A stretch of 64,000 nucleotides of DNA from Planctomycetota bacterium (GTDB taxonomy: Bacteria > Planctomycetota > UBA1135 > UBA2386), in assembly GCA_965228735.1 (NCBI GenBank), contig OZ245838.1:6112001-6176000 (forward strand). The letters are read 5' to 3'. The position numbers were made by a program, and so were the translations under genes. Numbering within the stretch: the first letter of the stretch is position 1; each line of letters starts with the position of its first letter. The notes below the pieces were generated by a model. It was not told the DNA's origin. It saw only the letters and a program-made list of their open reading frames with translations, and made no database searches. Below, piece by piece: positions 37,496 to 46,705 of this stretch.

Positions 37496-38278
37496 GTGCC
37501 ATCGCCGGTTGCCCGCATCGTCAGTCTCGTCCCGAGCACCACCGAGAGCGTCTGCGCGCTCGGGCGCGCGGACGGACTCGTCGGCTGCACCCGGTTCTGC
37601 ACGGAGCCCGCGGGCGAGCTGGCGGCGGTCGAGCGCGTCGGCGGCACCAAGAACCCCGACCTCGAGCAGATCGCCCGGCTTGCGCCCGACCTCGTGCTCG
37701 TCAACGCCGAGGAGAACGAGCTCGAGCACATCGCTTGGCTGCGCGAACGGTTCACGGTGCTCCAGCAGACGCCGTGCACCGTGCGCGAGGCCGCGGCCGA
37801 ACTGCGCGAACTCGCGTTGCGACTCGACGCCCTGCCCGCGGTCCAGCCGTTCCTGCTGCGCATCGAGGCGCAGCTCGCGGCCGCCGAGGTCGCGCGCCTC
37901 GACCGGCCGCCGCTGCGCGCGTTCTACGCGATCTGGCGCAAGCCGTGGATGAGCGTCAACGGTCGGACGTTCATCCATGACATGCTGACGGTCGCGGGCG
38001 CGGTCAACGTCTGCGCCGAGGAACCCGACCGCTATCCGGAGATGGCGCTCGACGAGGTGCGGCGGCGGCGACCCGAGGTCGTCCTGCTGCCGAGCGAGCC
38101 GTGGGTGTTCGACGCGGAGCAACGCGACGAACTGCGCGCCGCCGGCCCGTTCGCGCCGGCAGTGCTGCAACTCTGCGACGGCCGCGACTTCTGCTGGCAC
38201 GGCGTGCGCATGGCCGACGGCATCGGCCGCGCCGCCGCGGTCATCGCGCGAGCTGCCGCCGGATCCGATCGAACGTGA
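37496..38278 (+). CDS. Helical-backbone metal receptor / BtuF-like cobalamin-binding family protein
   Basis: RIVSLVPSTTE, GCTRFC, VGGTKNPD, PDLVLVNAEEN, LPSEPW; no signal peptide. Confidence 0.8.
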   Translation: MPSPVARIVSLVPSTTESVCALGRADGLVGCTRFCTEPAGELAAVERVGGTKNPDLEQIARLAPDLVLVNAEENELEHIAWLRERFTVLQQTPCTVREAAAELRELALRLDALPAVQPFLLRIEAQLAAAEVARLDRPPLRAFYAIWRKPWMSVNGRTFIHDMLTVAGAVNVCAEEPDRYPEMALDEVRRRRPEVVLLPSEPWVFDAEQRDELRAAGPFAPAVLQLCDGRDFCWHGVRMADGIGRAAAVIARAAAGSDRT

Positions 38279-39278
38279 CGGGCTCGACACGGGCCTCTCC
38301 GATACCGATAGGGAGGGCGAACTGCACGCCGTCGCCCGCGGCCTTCTTGTCGCGCTTGACGAACGTCATCAGGTCGTCCGTCGGCGGCAGCGGATCGCGC
38401 TCGTAGCCGAAGCGCTGCAGCAGCGCGCGGCAGCGTTCGAGGTCGGTAGCGGACATCGCGTCGAGGTCGTGCGCGAGTTCGAGTGCGAAGTGCAGGCCGC
38501 GGGCGACGCAGAGGCCGTGCGCGAGCTTGCCCTTCTGATGCGCCTCGATCGCGTGGCCGAGCGTGTGCCCGAGGTTGAGCAGGCGGCGACGGCCGCCCTC
38601 GTGCAGGTCGCCTTCGACGATGCCGATCTTGCCACGGATTGACCGCTCGACGACGTCGAGCAGGACGTCGGGGTCACGCGCGAGCACCGCGTCCGCCTCG
38701 TTCTCGAGCAGCTCGAACAGCTCGCGGTCGACGCCGATCGCCATCTTCACCGCCTCGGCGAGCCCGCTGCGGAACTCGGAGTCGGGCAGCGTCGCCGCGA
38801 AGTCGATGTCGATCACGATGCGGCTCGCGGGATGCACGGTGCCGGCGAGGTTCTTGCCCTCGGGCAGGTTGACCGCGGTCTTGCCCCCGACCGCGCTGTC
38901 GACCATCGCGAGCAACGTCGTCGGCACCTGCCAGAGCTCGATGCCGCGCATGAACAGCGACGCGCAGAAGCCGCCCGCGTCGCCGACCGCGCCGCCGCCG
39001 AGCGCGATCAGCAGACCGTTGCGATCGAGGCCGGCCGTGACCATCGCGCGCAGCACGGGCTCGCAGGCGGACAGCGTCTTCTGCTCGTCGCCTGGCCTGG
39101 CGATGTGGCGGTGCCACGCCGCGTCGAGCGCTGGGTGATCCGCGAGGAACGCGTCGACGAGGGCGAACACGCGGCGGTCACGGCACGCCGCGGCGAGGTC
39201 GGCGGCGAGTCCGCGGCCGAGTCGCACCTCCGAAGCCGGTTCTCCCGGCGGACGACAGTGCAGCAGCCGCGCGTTCAT
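38241..39278 (-). CDS. aroB: 3-dehydroquinate synthase
   Basis: GGGAVGDAGGF, PTTLLAMVDSAVGGKT, KN, LNLGHTLGHAIE, DKK. Confidence 0.93.
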   Translation of the reverse strand: MNARLLHCRPPGEPASEVRLGRGLAADLAAACRDRRVFALVDAFLADHPALDAAWHRHIARPGDEQKTLSACEPVLRAMVTAGLDRNGLLIALGGGAVGDAGGFCASLFMRGIELWQVPTTLLAMVDSAVGGKTAVNLPEGKNLAGTVHPASRIVIDIDFAATLPDSEFRSGLAEAVKMAIGVDRELFELLENEADAVLARDPDVLLDVVERSIRGKIGIVEGDLHEGGRRRLLNLGHTLGHAIEAHQKGKLAHGLCVARGLHFALELAHDLDAMSATDLERCRALLQRFGYERDPLPPTDDLMTFVKRDKKAAGDGVQFALPIGIGEARVEPVTFDRIRRQLAR

Positions 39279-39320
39279 GCGGCCCTGTCTACAGCGTGCG
39301 GGGGAATCAGACTACCGCCG

Positions 39321-40712
39321 TTACCCGAGGGGCGGGGGGCCGCCGATGTCACCCGTCGGCAGGTCACCGCCGCCGGCAGCGGCCGCCGTCGCCCGGTTCT
39401 GGCGTCGCCGCCGGCGCGCGGCCATCTGCTCGGCGTGGCGCTCGCTCTGCGTCTTCGCACGCCGTTGGGCCACGAAGATCATCAGGAGCATCACGAGCAG
39501 CGCGGAGCCGATGACGAACCCGAGCGACTCCATCGTCTCGTCGACCCCGAGGTCGTAGGGATCGAGGGTGGCCGCGACGAACAACGGCGCCCGTCGCTTG
39601 ACGTTGTCGAGGCTCTCGTAGGCCCACCAACGGTAGTAGTAGCCGCGCACCTCGAGGTCGGTGCCGATCGGCATGTCGGACAGGCGCTCGGGCAACCAGA
39701 CGGGCACGATGAGGCCCCCGTAGTCCGTGACCTGCAGGTAGGCCATCGTCCAGTAGTCGACGCCGATCGGGTTGGGCGGCGCGGCGATGGCGCGCCGCTT
39801 CTTCAGCGTGCCGAGGATGCGGATCGGCTGACCGCGTGCGACCTTGCCGTTCACGAGCTTTTCGTGCCACTCGGCGTGGTTGAGCACCGGGTGCTTGCGC
39901 CAGTCCTCGAGGGTCTTGAGCGGGCGGGTGTCACGGGCGAACGCGGCGAGGTGCCACAGCGGCGGGCCCTGATCGTCCTCGACGTCGAGCCACATGAGCG
40001 ATCCCGGGAACGGGTCCTCGTCGTCGAGGCCTTCGTAGATCGTTGGGTCGAACTCGGTGACCGGACCCCAGCGTCGGTAGTCGCGCACGATCTCGCGCCC
40101 GACGAGCAGCGGTACCTGATCGAGCGCGCGCGGATACGTCGTGTCGCGCAGCTTGAGGAAGAAGCCCTCGACGCGCACGATCCCGCCGCGCCGCACCTCG
40201 TCGTCCTCGTTCAACGAGAAGTGCGCCATCACGCGTTCGTCGTCGTCGAGGCGCACCGTGGCTTCGTAGATCTTGTAGCCCTCGACCGGGTGCCCTTCCT
40301 TGGGCCCGTGCAGCTCTTCGAGCTCGCCCTTGAACCACAGCCAGCGGCCGCGCCAGGTGTCGGGCTCGGCGCGCAGATCGGTGAGCGGAACGGGTTGTTC
40401 GGGTCGGCCGAGCGCGAGCGCCGCGGCCGGACTCACGTCGATCGCCTTCTCGAGCAGGTGCCGCAGCGGCTCGGGCTGGATCACGAGGCGTTGCTCGCGC
40501 GTGTCGTCCTTCGCTGCCGCGACGATCTCGTCGTCGAGCTGCGGCACGACGACGCCGACGCCGGTCTCCGGCGGCGGTGCTGGCCTGGTGTCCTCGCCGA
40601 CCGCGTCGAACACGACGTAGTAGGCCGCCGCCGCGACGAACACCGCGAGGACGCTCAGCCGGATGATGGGCGGGATCCGGAACTGCCAGGGGGCACGACC
40701 ATTCGCGAGCAT
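39321..40712 (-). CDS. Hypothetical membrane protein with two internally repeated beta domains
   Basis: N- and C-terminal TM; repeated RG...G...GxF/Y...PL(L/F)V blocks. Confidence 0.75.
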   Translation of the reverse strand: MLANGRAPWQFRIPPIIRLSVLAVFVAAAAYYVVFDAVGEDTRPAPPPETGVGVVVPQLDDEIVAAAKDDTREQRLVIQPEPLRHLLEKAIDVSPAAALALGRPEQPVPLTDLRAEPDTWRGRWLWFKGELEELHGPKEGHPVEGYKIYEATVRLDDDERVMAHFSLNEDDEVRRGGIVRVEGFFLKLRDTTYPRALDQVPLLVGREIVRDYRRWGPVTEFDPTIYEGLDDEDPFPGSLMWLDVEDDQGPPLWHLAAFARDTRPLKTLEDWRKHPVLNHAEWHEKLVNGKVARGQPIRILGTLKKRRAIAAPPNPIGVDYWTMAYLQVTDYGGLIVPVWLPERLSDMPIGTDLEVRGYYYRWWAYESLDNVKRRAPLFVAATLDPYDLGVDETMESLGFVIGSALLVMLLMIFVAQRRAKTQSERHAEQMAARRRRRQNRATAAAAGGGDLPTGDIGGPPPLG

Positions 40713-40832
40713 CAGCACGCGGAGGATAACGGGCGGAACGGGCCGGTGGTTTGGATTCACTGCCCGAAACGGGGCGCAAATCCGTGTGCCGGTCGTCGGG
40801 GGTTGCGGTCCGGGGCGGGCCGCGCGACAATA

Positions 40833-40847
40833 CTTTGCAATGCAAAG
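40833..40847. promoter_or_regulatory. Palindromic operator-like site CTTTGCA-A-TGCAAAG
   Basis: Perfect 7-1-7 AT-rich dyad in GC-rich DNA, at the start of the VIT gene. Confidence 0.6.
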
Positions 40848-40848
40848 C

Positions 40849-43152
40849 ATGCCTGCAGCGGGGCGCGCATCGGCGAGTCCTCTCGATTTGCATCGGTCGT
40901 CGCCGAGTCGCGTCGTGGGCTACCTCGCGTTCGCGTTCCTGCCGCTGCTCGGCTTCGTCGCCGAGATCGCGACGGGCGCGCTCGGTTCGCATCTCGTGCT
41001 GTTCCCGGAGCGGTGGTACGTGCTGCCCGTGCTCGTTGCCGTGGTGCTGAACCTCGTCGTGCAGGGCAACGGTTTGCGGCGGCCCGCGACCCTGCCGCTG
41101 CACGCGGCCATGTTCGGCTTCGTGTTCGGGATGGCGGCGCTCTACGGCCTCGTCATGGCTCCGGCGCTGCCGATGATGGTGTTCGCCGCGATCCTGGTGA
41201 TCGGGCTGCTCGCCGCGGCGCCCTACTTCACGCTCCTCGGCCTGATGTTCCATTGGCCGGAGCTCGCGCAATCGTGGCGGGACAGCGGCCGCTCCGAGGG
41301 GCGCCTGTGGGCCTGCGTCGCGGTGCCCGCGTTGCTGCCGTTCGTCGCTGTGGGGGTGATCGCGGTCGTCGACGTGCGGGTCGAGTCCAGGATGGCCGAG
41401 CTGCACGCGGCCGTGCTGCGGGGCGATGCCGCGACAAGTCAGGTGCTCGCCGCCGAGCTGCGAGGGTTGCCGTCGGCGCCGCAACGCGCGCTCTGCGAAT
41501 GGCCGGCGTGGCGCGGACTCGATGACGTCCCGTTCTCGTTCCTCGGTGGCAAAGGGAAGCAACGTGGTCGCTTCTGGTTCCTCTCGAGCGAGCAGCCGCT
41601 GTTGCCCGAACACGCCCGGCTCGCGTTCTATCGCGCGCACGGCGAAGTCGTCGAGCCGCCGTCCGAGTCGACCCAGTGGCGTCCGCGGCGCGACGTGCGG
41701 TGGACGGGGTCGCGTTTCGAGGTCACGGTCGAGCCCGCGGCCGCGATCGCACAGGTCGATTGGCTGACGACGGTGCAGAGCACGACACACCGGCCGGTCG
41801 AGGCCGCGTTCCACCTGCAGTTGCCGGAGGGCGCGGTCGCGACCTCGCTGTCGCTGTGGATCGGCGGCGTCGAACGACCGGCGGCGTTCGCCGGCCGCGC
41901 GCAGGTCGAGGCCGCCTACCGGGAGGTCGTGCGCAAGAACCGCGATCCGGCTCTGCTGATGGAAGTGCGCCCCGGGCTGCTCGAGCTGCGGCTGTTTCCG
42001 CTGTCGAGGCGGTCGCCGCCGATGCGGGCGCGGGTCGGCATGACGCTCGCGCTGCCCGTGCACGATGGCGGCGCCGACCTCGCGTTGCCGCGGATCGTGC
42101 GGCACGACTGCTGGCGCGTCGAGCCGCAGCCGGAGGTCGCGGTGCACGGCATCGCCGGGACCGCCGCCGAAGGTGTCGACGTCTGGCGCGGCGGCGACCT
42201 CGGGCGCGTGCTCCGGATCCCGGGCCATCTGCCGCGCGTGGCCGCGCGCGATGCGGCCGGCGCCGTCGTGCAGGATCTCAGGGCGCGCAGCGCCGCGCGG
42301 CAGGCCCGGCGCCACGTCATCGTCATCGAGGGTTCGAGTGCGGTCGCCGCCGCGGTCGCCGATCCGGGCGCGCTGCTGCGGCCCTGGCCGGACGAGGCGC
42401 GATGCAGCGTGTTCGTCGTTCAGGGCGACTCGTTCGTCGCGCGCGACGGGATCGCGAGCGGGCCAGAGCTGCTCGGCTGGCTGCGCGAGCAGACGTTCGC
42501 CGGCGGCGTCGATTCGCGCGCGGCGCTCGCGGCGGCGTCCCGGCGGGCGGCCGAACTCGGGCTCGAGCACGTGACGTGGCTGCACGGACCGGCCGCCATG
42601 CTGCTGCCGCTCGCGCGCTTCGAACTCGCGCCGGATGTCGAAGTCGCCGCGCTGCCACTCGCCGCTGGCGACAACCTCGTGCGCGCGCTGCTCGATCGGC
42701 GCGGCGCGCTCCTGCCGATCGCGCGGCGCGACGCCGGTGACTGGCTCGGCGAACTCGCGTCGTGGCTCGCGGGCGGCGAGCTGCCGTTCCGCCGGGCGTT
42801 GTCGCGGAGCCCCGACCTGCCGGCGGATGTGCCCGAGGTCAGCGATCATCTCGCCCGCCTCTGGGCGGCGGCGGAAGCGCAGCGTCGCGAGCGCGCGCGC
42901 GCCGGCACCGGCAGTCAGCTCGCCGCGCGGTATCGCATCGTGACCGCGGGGGCCGCCGCGGTCGTGCTCGAGTCGGCGGAGCAGTATGCGCAGAACGAAC
43001 TCGAACCGGGTGCGCTCGCCGGCCGCGAACCGCGTGGTCCGGCGGGCTCTCCCGTTCCGGAGCCCGGCACGTTGTTCCTGTTCGGCACGGGGCTCGCCGC
43101 GGTCGCCCTGTTGCGGCGGCGGCAGCAGCGCGCGCGTGACCGCGCTGCCTGA
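40849..43152 (+). CDS. Integral membrane VIT-domain protein with C-terminal PEP-CTERM
   Basis: About 5 N-terminal TMs, VIT-like EAAFHLQLPEGAVATSLSLWIGG...AYREVV...RDPALL, terminal VPEPGTLFLFGTGLAAVALLRRR; start 40840 or 40849. Confidence 0.85.
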   Translation: MPAAGRASASPLDLHRSSPSRVVGYLAFAFLPLLGFVAEIATGALGSHLVLFPERWYVLPVLVAVVLNLVVQGNGLRRPATLPLHAAMFGFVFGMAALYGLVMAPALPMMVFAAILVIGLLAAAPYFTLLGLMFHWPELAQSWRDSGRSEGRLWACVAVPALLPFVAVGVIAVVDVRVESRMAELHAAVLRGDAATSQVLAAELRGLPSAPQRALCEWPAWRGLDDVPFSFLGGKGKQRGRFWFLSSEQPLLPEHARLAFYRAHGEVVEPPSESTQWRPRRDVRWTGSRFEVTVEPAAAIAQVDWLTTVQSTTHRPVEAAFHLQLPEGAVATSLSLWIGGVERPAAFAGRAQVEAAYREVVRKNRDPALLMEVRPGLLELRLFPLSRRSPPMRARVGMTLALPVHDGGADLALPRIVRHDCWRVEPQPEVAVHGIAGTAAEGVDVWRGGDLGRVLRIPGHLPRVAARDAAGAVVQDLRARSAARQARRHVIVIEGSSAVAAAVADPGALLRPWPDEARCSVFVVQGDSFVARDGIASGPELLGWLREQTFAGGVDSRAALAAASRRAAELGLEHVTWLHGPAAMLLPLARFELAPDVEVAALPLAAGDNLVRALLDRRGALLPIARRDAGDWLGELASWLAGGELPFRRALSRSPDLPADVPEVSDHLARLWAAAEAQRRERARAGTGSQLAARYRIVTAGAAAVVLESAEQYAQNELEPGALAGREPRGPAGSPVPEPGTLFLFGTGLAAVALLRRRQQRARDRAA

Positions 43153-43161
43153 CGGGCGGCG

Positions 43162-43242
43162 CCGCTCGGGGTTGGGGCACCGCTCGAGTCAGGGCCCGCG
43201 CGATTCGGGGCCCGCTCGAGTTGGGCCCGCTCGAGTTGGGGG
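43162..43242. repeat. Degenerate 15-18 bp tandem repeat (consensus CCGCTCGAGTTGGGC, ~5 copies)
   Basis: Visible between the convergent stops at 43152 and 43258. Confidence 0.75.
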
Positions 43243-43257
43243 CCGTCGCGTCCGGGG

Positions 43258-43653
43258 TTACTCGCCCGGCTTGTCGAACAGGCCGCCGAGGTGGAAGTTG
43301 GCGATGTCCGAGCGGTCGACGATCGTCGCCGCGTTGACGCCGAGCGTGATCGCGATGACCTCCGCGATCTCCTCGCTCGTCGCCCCTTCACGCTTCGCCT
43401 TCTTCAGGTGGCCTTCGAGGCAGCCCTTGCAGCCGCTCGTGAGCGCCGCCGCGATGGCGATGTATTCCTTCACCTTGAGCGTGAGCTTCGACTTGCCGTA
43501 CGTGGCCTTGTAGAAGCCCATGTAGAGCTGCTTGAGTTCGGGGGTCAGCAGCGCGTAGCTGCGCATCTGCGAGCTCGGCAGCCGGCCGTCCTCACCGGGT
43601 TCGGCAGTCGTCTCGGTTGCGGCGGCGGCGGAGTTCTTCGTTTCTTCAGTCAT
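43258..43653 (-). CDS. Carboxymuconolactone decarboxylase / AhpD-like protein
   Basis: KVKEYIAIAAA...GCKGCLEGH...GATSEEIAE. Confidence 0.85.
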   Translation of the reverse strand: MTEETKNSAAAATETTAEPGEDGRLPSSQMRSYALLTPELKQLYMGFYKATYGKSKLTLKVKEYIAIAAALTSGCKGCLEGHLKKAKREGATSEEIAEVIAITLGVNAATIVDRSDIANFHLGGLFDKPGE

Positions 43654-43783
43654 GCGGGGAGCGCGAGTAGTCGAGTTCTGCGGCGGCGAGAGCCGATGTC
43701 CGGACGGTAACGGCTCCAGACGGTAACGGCGCCTCTATACGACTTGCCACCCCGTTGAGATGCGGCAATTTGCCGTTGCCGGA

Positions 43784-44209
43784 TTATTGCAGAGTCAGCC
43801 GCAGCCGGACGAGCGCGTCGCGGTCCGTCGGGTTCTCGAGCTGTTTGAACGCGTCCTCGAAGCCGAGCCAGCAGAACTCGCCGACCGTCGGACCCGGGTG
43901 GAGTTCATCGATCGGTGCCGTGGGGGCGCCGGCCTGCCAGGCGAACGGCCAGTCGACGAGGCCGAGATCGCCGAACAGCTCCTTCTGCGGCTCGAGCAGC
44001 TCCATGAGGTGCAGCGGGCGGCGCAGACCGGTCTCGGCCTGGACCTCGCGGTGCACGGCCTGCTCGATCTGTTCGCCCGGCGTCACCGGCCCGATCACGG
44101 GACCGAGTGGCCATTCTTCGCGCGGCTTCTGTCGCAGCAGCAGGAACTCGACGTGGTCGTCGAGCACCTGGAACACGAAGACGCGGATGCGGTGTTCGAG
44201 GCTGAACAT
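43784..44209 (-). CDS. NUDIX hydrolase family protein
   Basis: FLLLRQ, partial Nudix box GEQIEQAVHREVQAETGL. Confidence 0.8.
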   Translation of the reverse strand: MFSLEHRIRVFVFQVLDDHVEFLLLRQKPREEWPLGPVIGPVTPGEQIEQAVHREVQAETGLRRPLHLMELLEPQKELFGDLGLVDWPFAWQAGAPTAPIDELHPGPTVGEFCWLGFEDAFKQLENPTDRDALVRLRLTLQ

Positions 44210-44326
44210 GACGGTGGAACGGGCGGCAGGATCTCTGCCACCCCTTTCTAGTGCCCGTCATCGGCCCGGATGCGTCGGTTTCGAGGTCGAAAACCGGGTT
44301 GTCCCCGATCCGGACCCGGGTCCGGG

Positions 44327-45313
44327 CTAACCGTCCTTGCCAGCGCCGACTGGCACTGCTGGGGCCTTCTTCCGTGACTTGCCCGCGCCGGCCGCGGCGC
44401 TGCGGAATCGATCGCCGACCCACTTCAGCGACTGCGCGAGGCGTGGCTCCACGCCGTCACCCCAGGCGTGGCCGCTGCCCTTCACGAGCTGCCACTCGTG
44501 CGGCACCTTGCGCTTCTCGAGCTGCTCGTGGAGCGCCTCGTTGGCGATGTGGAACTTGAGGCGGTCGGCCGTGCCGGCGTCGAACCAGAGACCGAGGCCG
44601 TCGAGTTTGGCCGGCTCGAGCTCGCTCGCGATGCAGAGCGGGTTGGTCTTGCGCCAGAGCTCCTCGTCGATCGGGTTGCCGAACACCTTGTCGAGCCCGA
44701 TTCGGCCCGAGAGCGCCAGCAGCCGCGGATCGAGCTGCTTGGGGTCCATCGGGAACACGGCCGAACTGTGGCACGCCACGGTGCCGAACAGCTCGGGGTT
44801 CTCCCAGGCAATCCGCATTGCGGCCATGCCGCCCATGCTGATGCCCATGAGGGCGCGGTCGCTGCGCTTCTTGCTGACGCGGTACTCGGCGTCGATGTGC
44901 GCGATCAGGTCCTGCTGGATCAGGTCCTGATAGCCCTTGTACTCGCCGGCGTTGACGTACATCGACGTGCGGCCGCCGTTCGCGAGCACGAACACGCAGG
45001 GCGGCAGATCACCCTTGCCGACCGCGTCGTCGAGCACCTTGCCGCCGCCGCGCGTGTGGAACCGGCGGTGGTCCTCCCACATGCCGTGCAGCCAGATCAC
45101 GAGCGGCCAGCGCTTGTCCTCGTTGGCCTCGTCCTCGTAGCCGAGCGGCAGGTAGACGCCGTACGGCATCGAATCGCCGACGGCCTCGCTCTCGAACCGG
45201 GCTTCCTGGTGCGTCAGGTGCTCGAGCTTCGGCGGTTCGCTGCGGCGACGCCGACCCTGCGCGAGGCAGGTCGTCAGGCAGAGGGTGAAGACGAGGAGGT
45301 GGGCGAGTCGCAT
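44327..45313 (-). CDS. Secreted alpha/beta-hydrolase (putative esterase family)
   Basis: Signal peptide, VYLPLGY, WLHG, GISMGG nucleophile elbow, DAGTAD, GHAW. Confidence 0.88.
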   Translation of the reverse strand: MRLAHLLVFTLCLTTCLAQGRRRRSEPPKLEHLTHQEARFESEAVGDSMPYGVYLPLGYEDEANEDKRWPLVIWLHGMWEDHRRFHTRGGGKVLDDAVGKGDLPPCVFVLANGGRTSMYVNAGEYKGYQDLIQQDLIAHIDAEYRVSKKRSDRALMGISMGGMAAMRIAWENPELFGTVACHSSAVFPMDPKQLDPRLLALSGRIGLDKVFGNPIDEELWRKTNPLCIASELEPAKLDGLGLWFDAGTADRLKFHIANEALHEQLEKRKVPHEWQLVKGSGHAWGDGVEPRLAQSLKWVGDRFRSAAAGAGKSRKKAPAVPVGAGKDG

Positions 45314-45404
45314 GCGATACCTGGAAGCGGGGGACAGCGAGTAGTGTTGCGGGGGGCATAGGCCACGCCCAGGGGGCGGGCCGCGATTTCTCCCAACTCC
45401 GGTC

Positions 45405-46697
45405 TTGGATCCCGCTGCCGAAGAACTTGCGCCGCTGCTGGCCCGCCTCGTGAATTACGAGCGGCTGCGGCCCGATCGTCGCCTGTGGGATCTGACGACG
45501 ATGCGACAACTGCTCGCGGGGTCGGGCGTCCTGCCCGGCGCGCGGCCGGCGGTGCAGATCGGCGGCAGCAAAGGCAAGGGCACGACCGCGGCGTTCCTGG
45601 CCGCCTTGGCGACGGCCGGCGGCGACGTGGTCGGGGTCTACTCGTCACCACATCTCGTGACGTTGCTCGAGCGCATTCGGATCGCGGGCCGCGACGTGAC
45701 GATCGCGCAGCTCGAGCCCGTGTTGCGTCGGCTGCTGGGCGTTCCCGGGCTCGAACGGCCGCCGACGTTCTTCGAGGCGATGACGGCCGCGGCCGTCGCG
45801 CTGTTTCGCGAACGCGAAGTCGACCTCGCGATCTACGAGGTCGGGCTCGGCGGGCGGCACGACGCGACGACGGCGATTCCGGTCGATGTCGGCGTCGTGA
45901 CGCGGATCGAGCTCGAGCACACCGAGGTGCTCGGGGACTCCGTCGAGCAGATCGCCGCGGAGAAGGCGTTCGTGCTGCGACCGGGCGGTCTCGGGTTCAC
46001 CGCGACCGAGGGTCCCGCGCTCGCCGTTCTGCGCGACCATGCGGCGGCGCACGCCATCGACCTGCACGCGCTCGGCGATCCGGAGTTCCGCTGCTCGGCG
46101 CCGACGTTCGTGGGCCCGGACTGTCGCTTCGAACTCACGCTGCCGGGGCCGGCCGGCGGCGAACGTCACGACGTGCGGATCCCCGACGGCCGGGCGTTCG
46201 AGGTTCCGGCCGTCGCCCTCGCGGCCGCGACGCTGCGCGCCGTGCGGCCCGATGTCCGACTCCAGCTCGATCCGACCCCGCGGCCGGTTCTGGCCGGTCG
46301 ATTCGAGGTGTTCGACGAGCCCGACGGCGAGGCGCTCGTGCTCGATGGCGCGCACACGGAAGAGTCGGTCCGGGCCGTCGTTCTGGAGGTCGCGCGGCGC
46401 TGGCCGGGCCGCCGCCCCGCGGTCCTCTGTGCGGCCGCGGCGGGCAAACGCTGGCGGGAGAGCTTTAGTTCGATAATCGGAGTCGCCGATAGCGCCCTCG
46501 TCACCGAAGTCGTGGGCACGCCCGGCGAGACTCCCGCTGTGATCGCCGATTGGCTGTCGCAGCAGGGGCTGCCGAGCGAGACGGTCCAGGACGTTCGGGC
46601 CGGGCTGCTGGCGCTGCGCCAACGACCCGGTCCGCGTCTCGTGATCGGCTCGTTCTATCTCGTCGGCGAGGTCCGCGCGCAGTTGTCCCAACCCTGA
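45405..46697 (+). CDS. folC: Folylpolyglutamate synthase / dihydrofolate synthase
   Basis: GSKGKGTT, YSSPHL...ERIRI, TFFE, EVGLGGRHDAT, GRFE, LDGAH; TTG start uncertain. Confidence 0.9.
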   Translation: MDPAAEELAPLLARLVNYERLRPDRRLWDLTTMRQLLAGSGVLPGARPAVQIGGSKGKGTTAAFLAALATAGGDVVGVYSSPHLVTLLERIRIAGRDVTIAQLEPVLRRLLGVPGLERPPTFFEAMTAAAVALFREREVDLAIYEVGLGGRHDATTAIPVDVGVVTRIELEHTEVLGDSVEQIAAEKAFVLRPGGLGFTATEGPALAVLRDHAAAHAIDLHALGDPEFRCSAPTFVGPDCRFELTLPGPAGGERHDVRIPDGRAFEVPAVALAAATLRAVRPDVRLQLDPTPRPVLAGRFEVFDEPDGEALVLDGAHTEESVRAVVLEVARRWPGRRPAVLCAAAAGKRWRESFSSIIGVADSALVTEVVGTPGETPAVIADWLSQQGLPSETVQDVRAGLLALRQRPGPRLVIGSFYLVGEVRAQLSQP

Positions 46698-46705
46698 GCG
46701 CATCG

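Noticed and set aside
37487..37501. Possible sigma54 promoter TGGCACG-N4-CAGC on the minus strand upstream of the ECF gene
   Set aside because: The -12 element is CAGC rather than TTGC, the site overlaps a start codon, and a -10-like GATACT sits 7 nt before the ECF ATG
43258..43653. Selenocysteine or stop-readthrough in the CxxC redox protein
   Set aside because: The CKGC motif uses normal Cys codons; no in-frame TGA
44310..44325. 16-bp perfect palindrome CCGGACCCGGGTCCGG, plus GC hairpins at 21578-21603 and ~15634-15665
   Set aside because: Short GC-rich stems without U-tails are expected by chance at this GC content; possible terminators but unsupported
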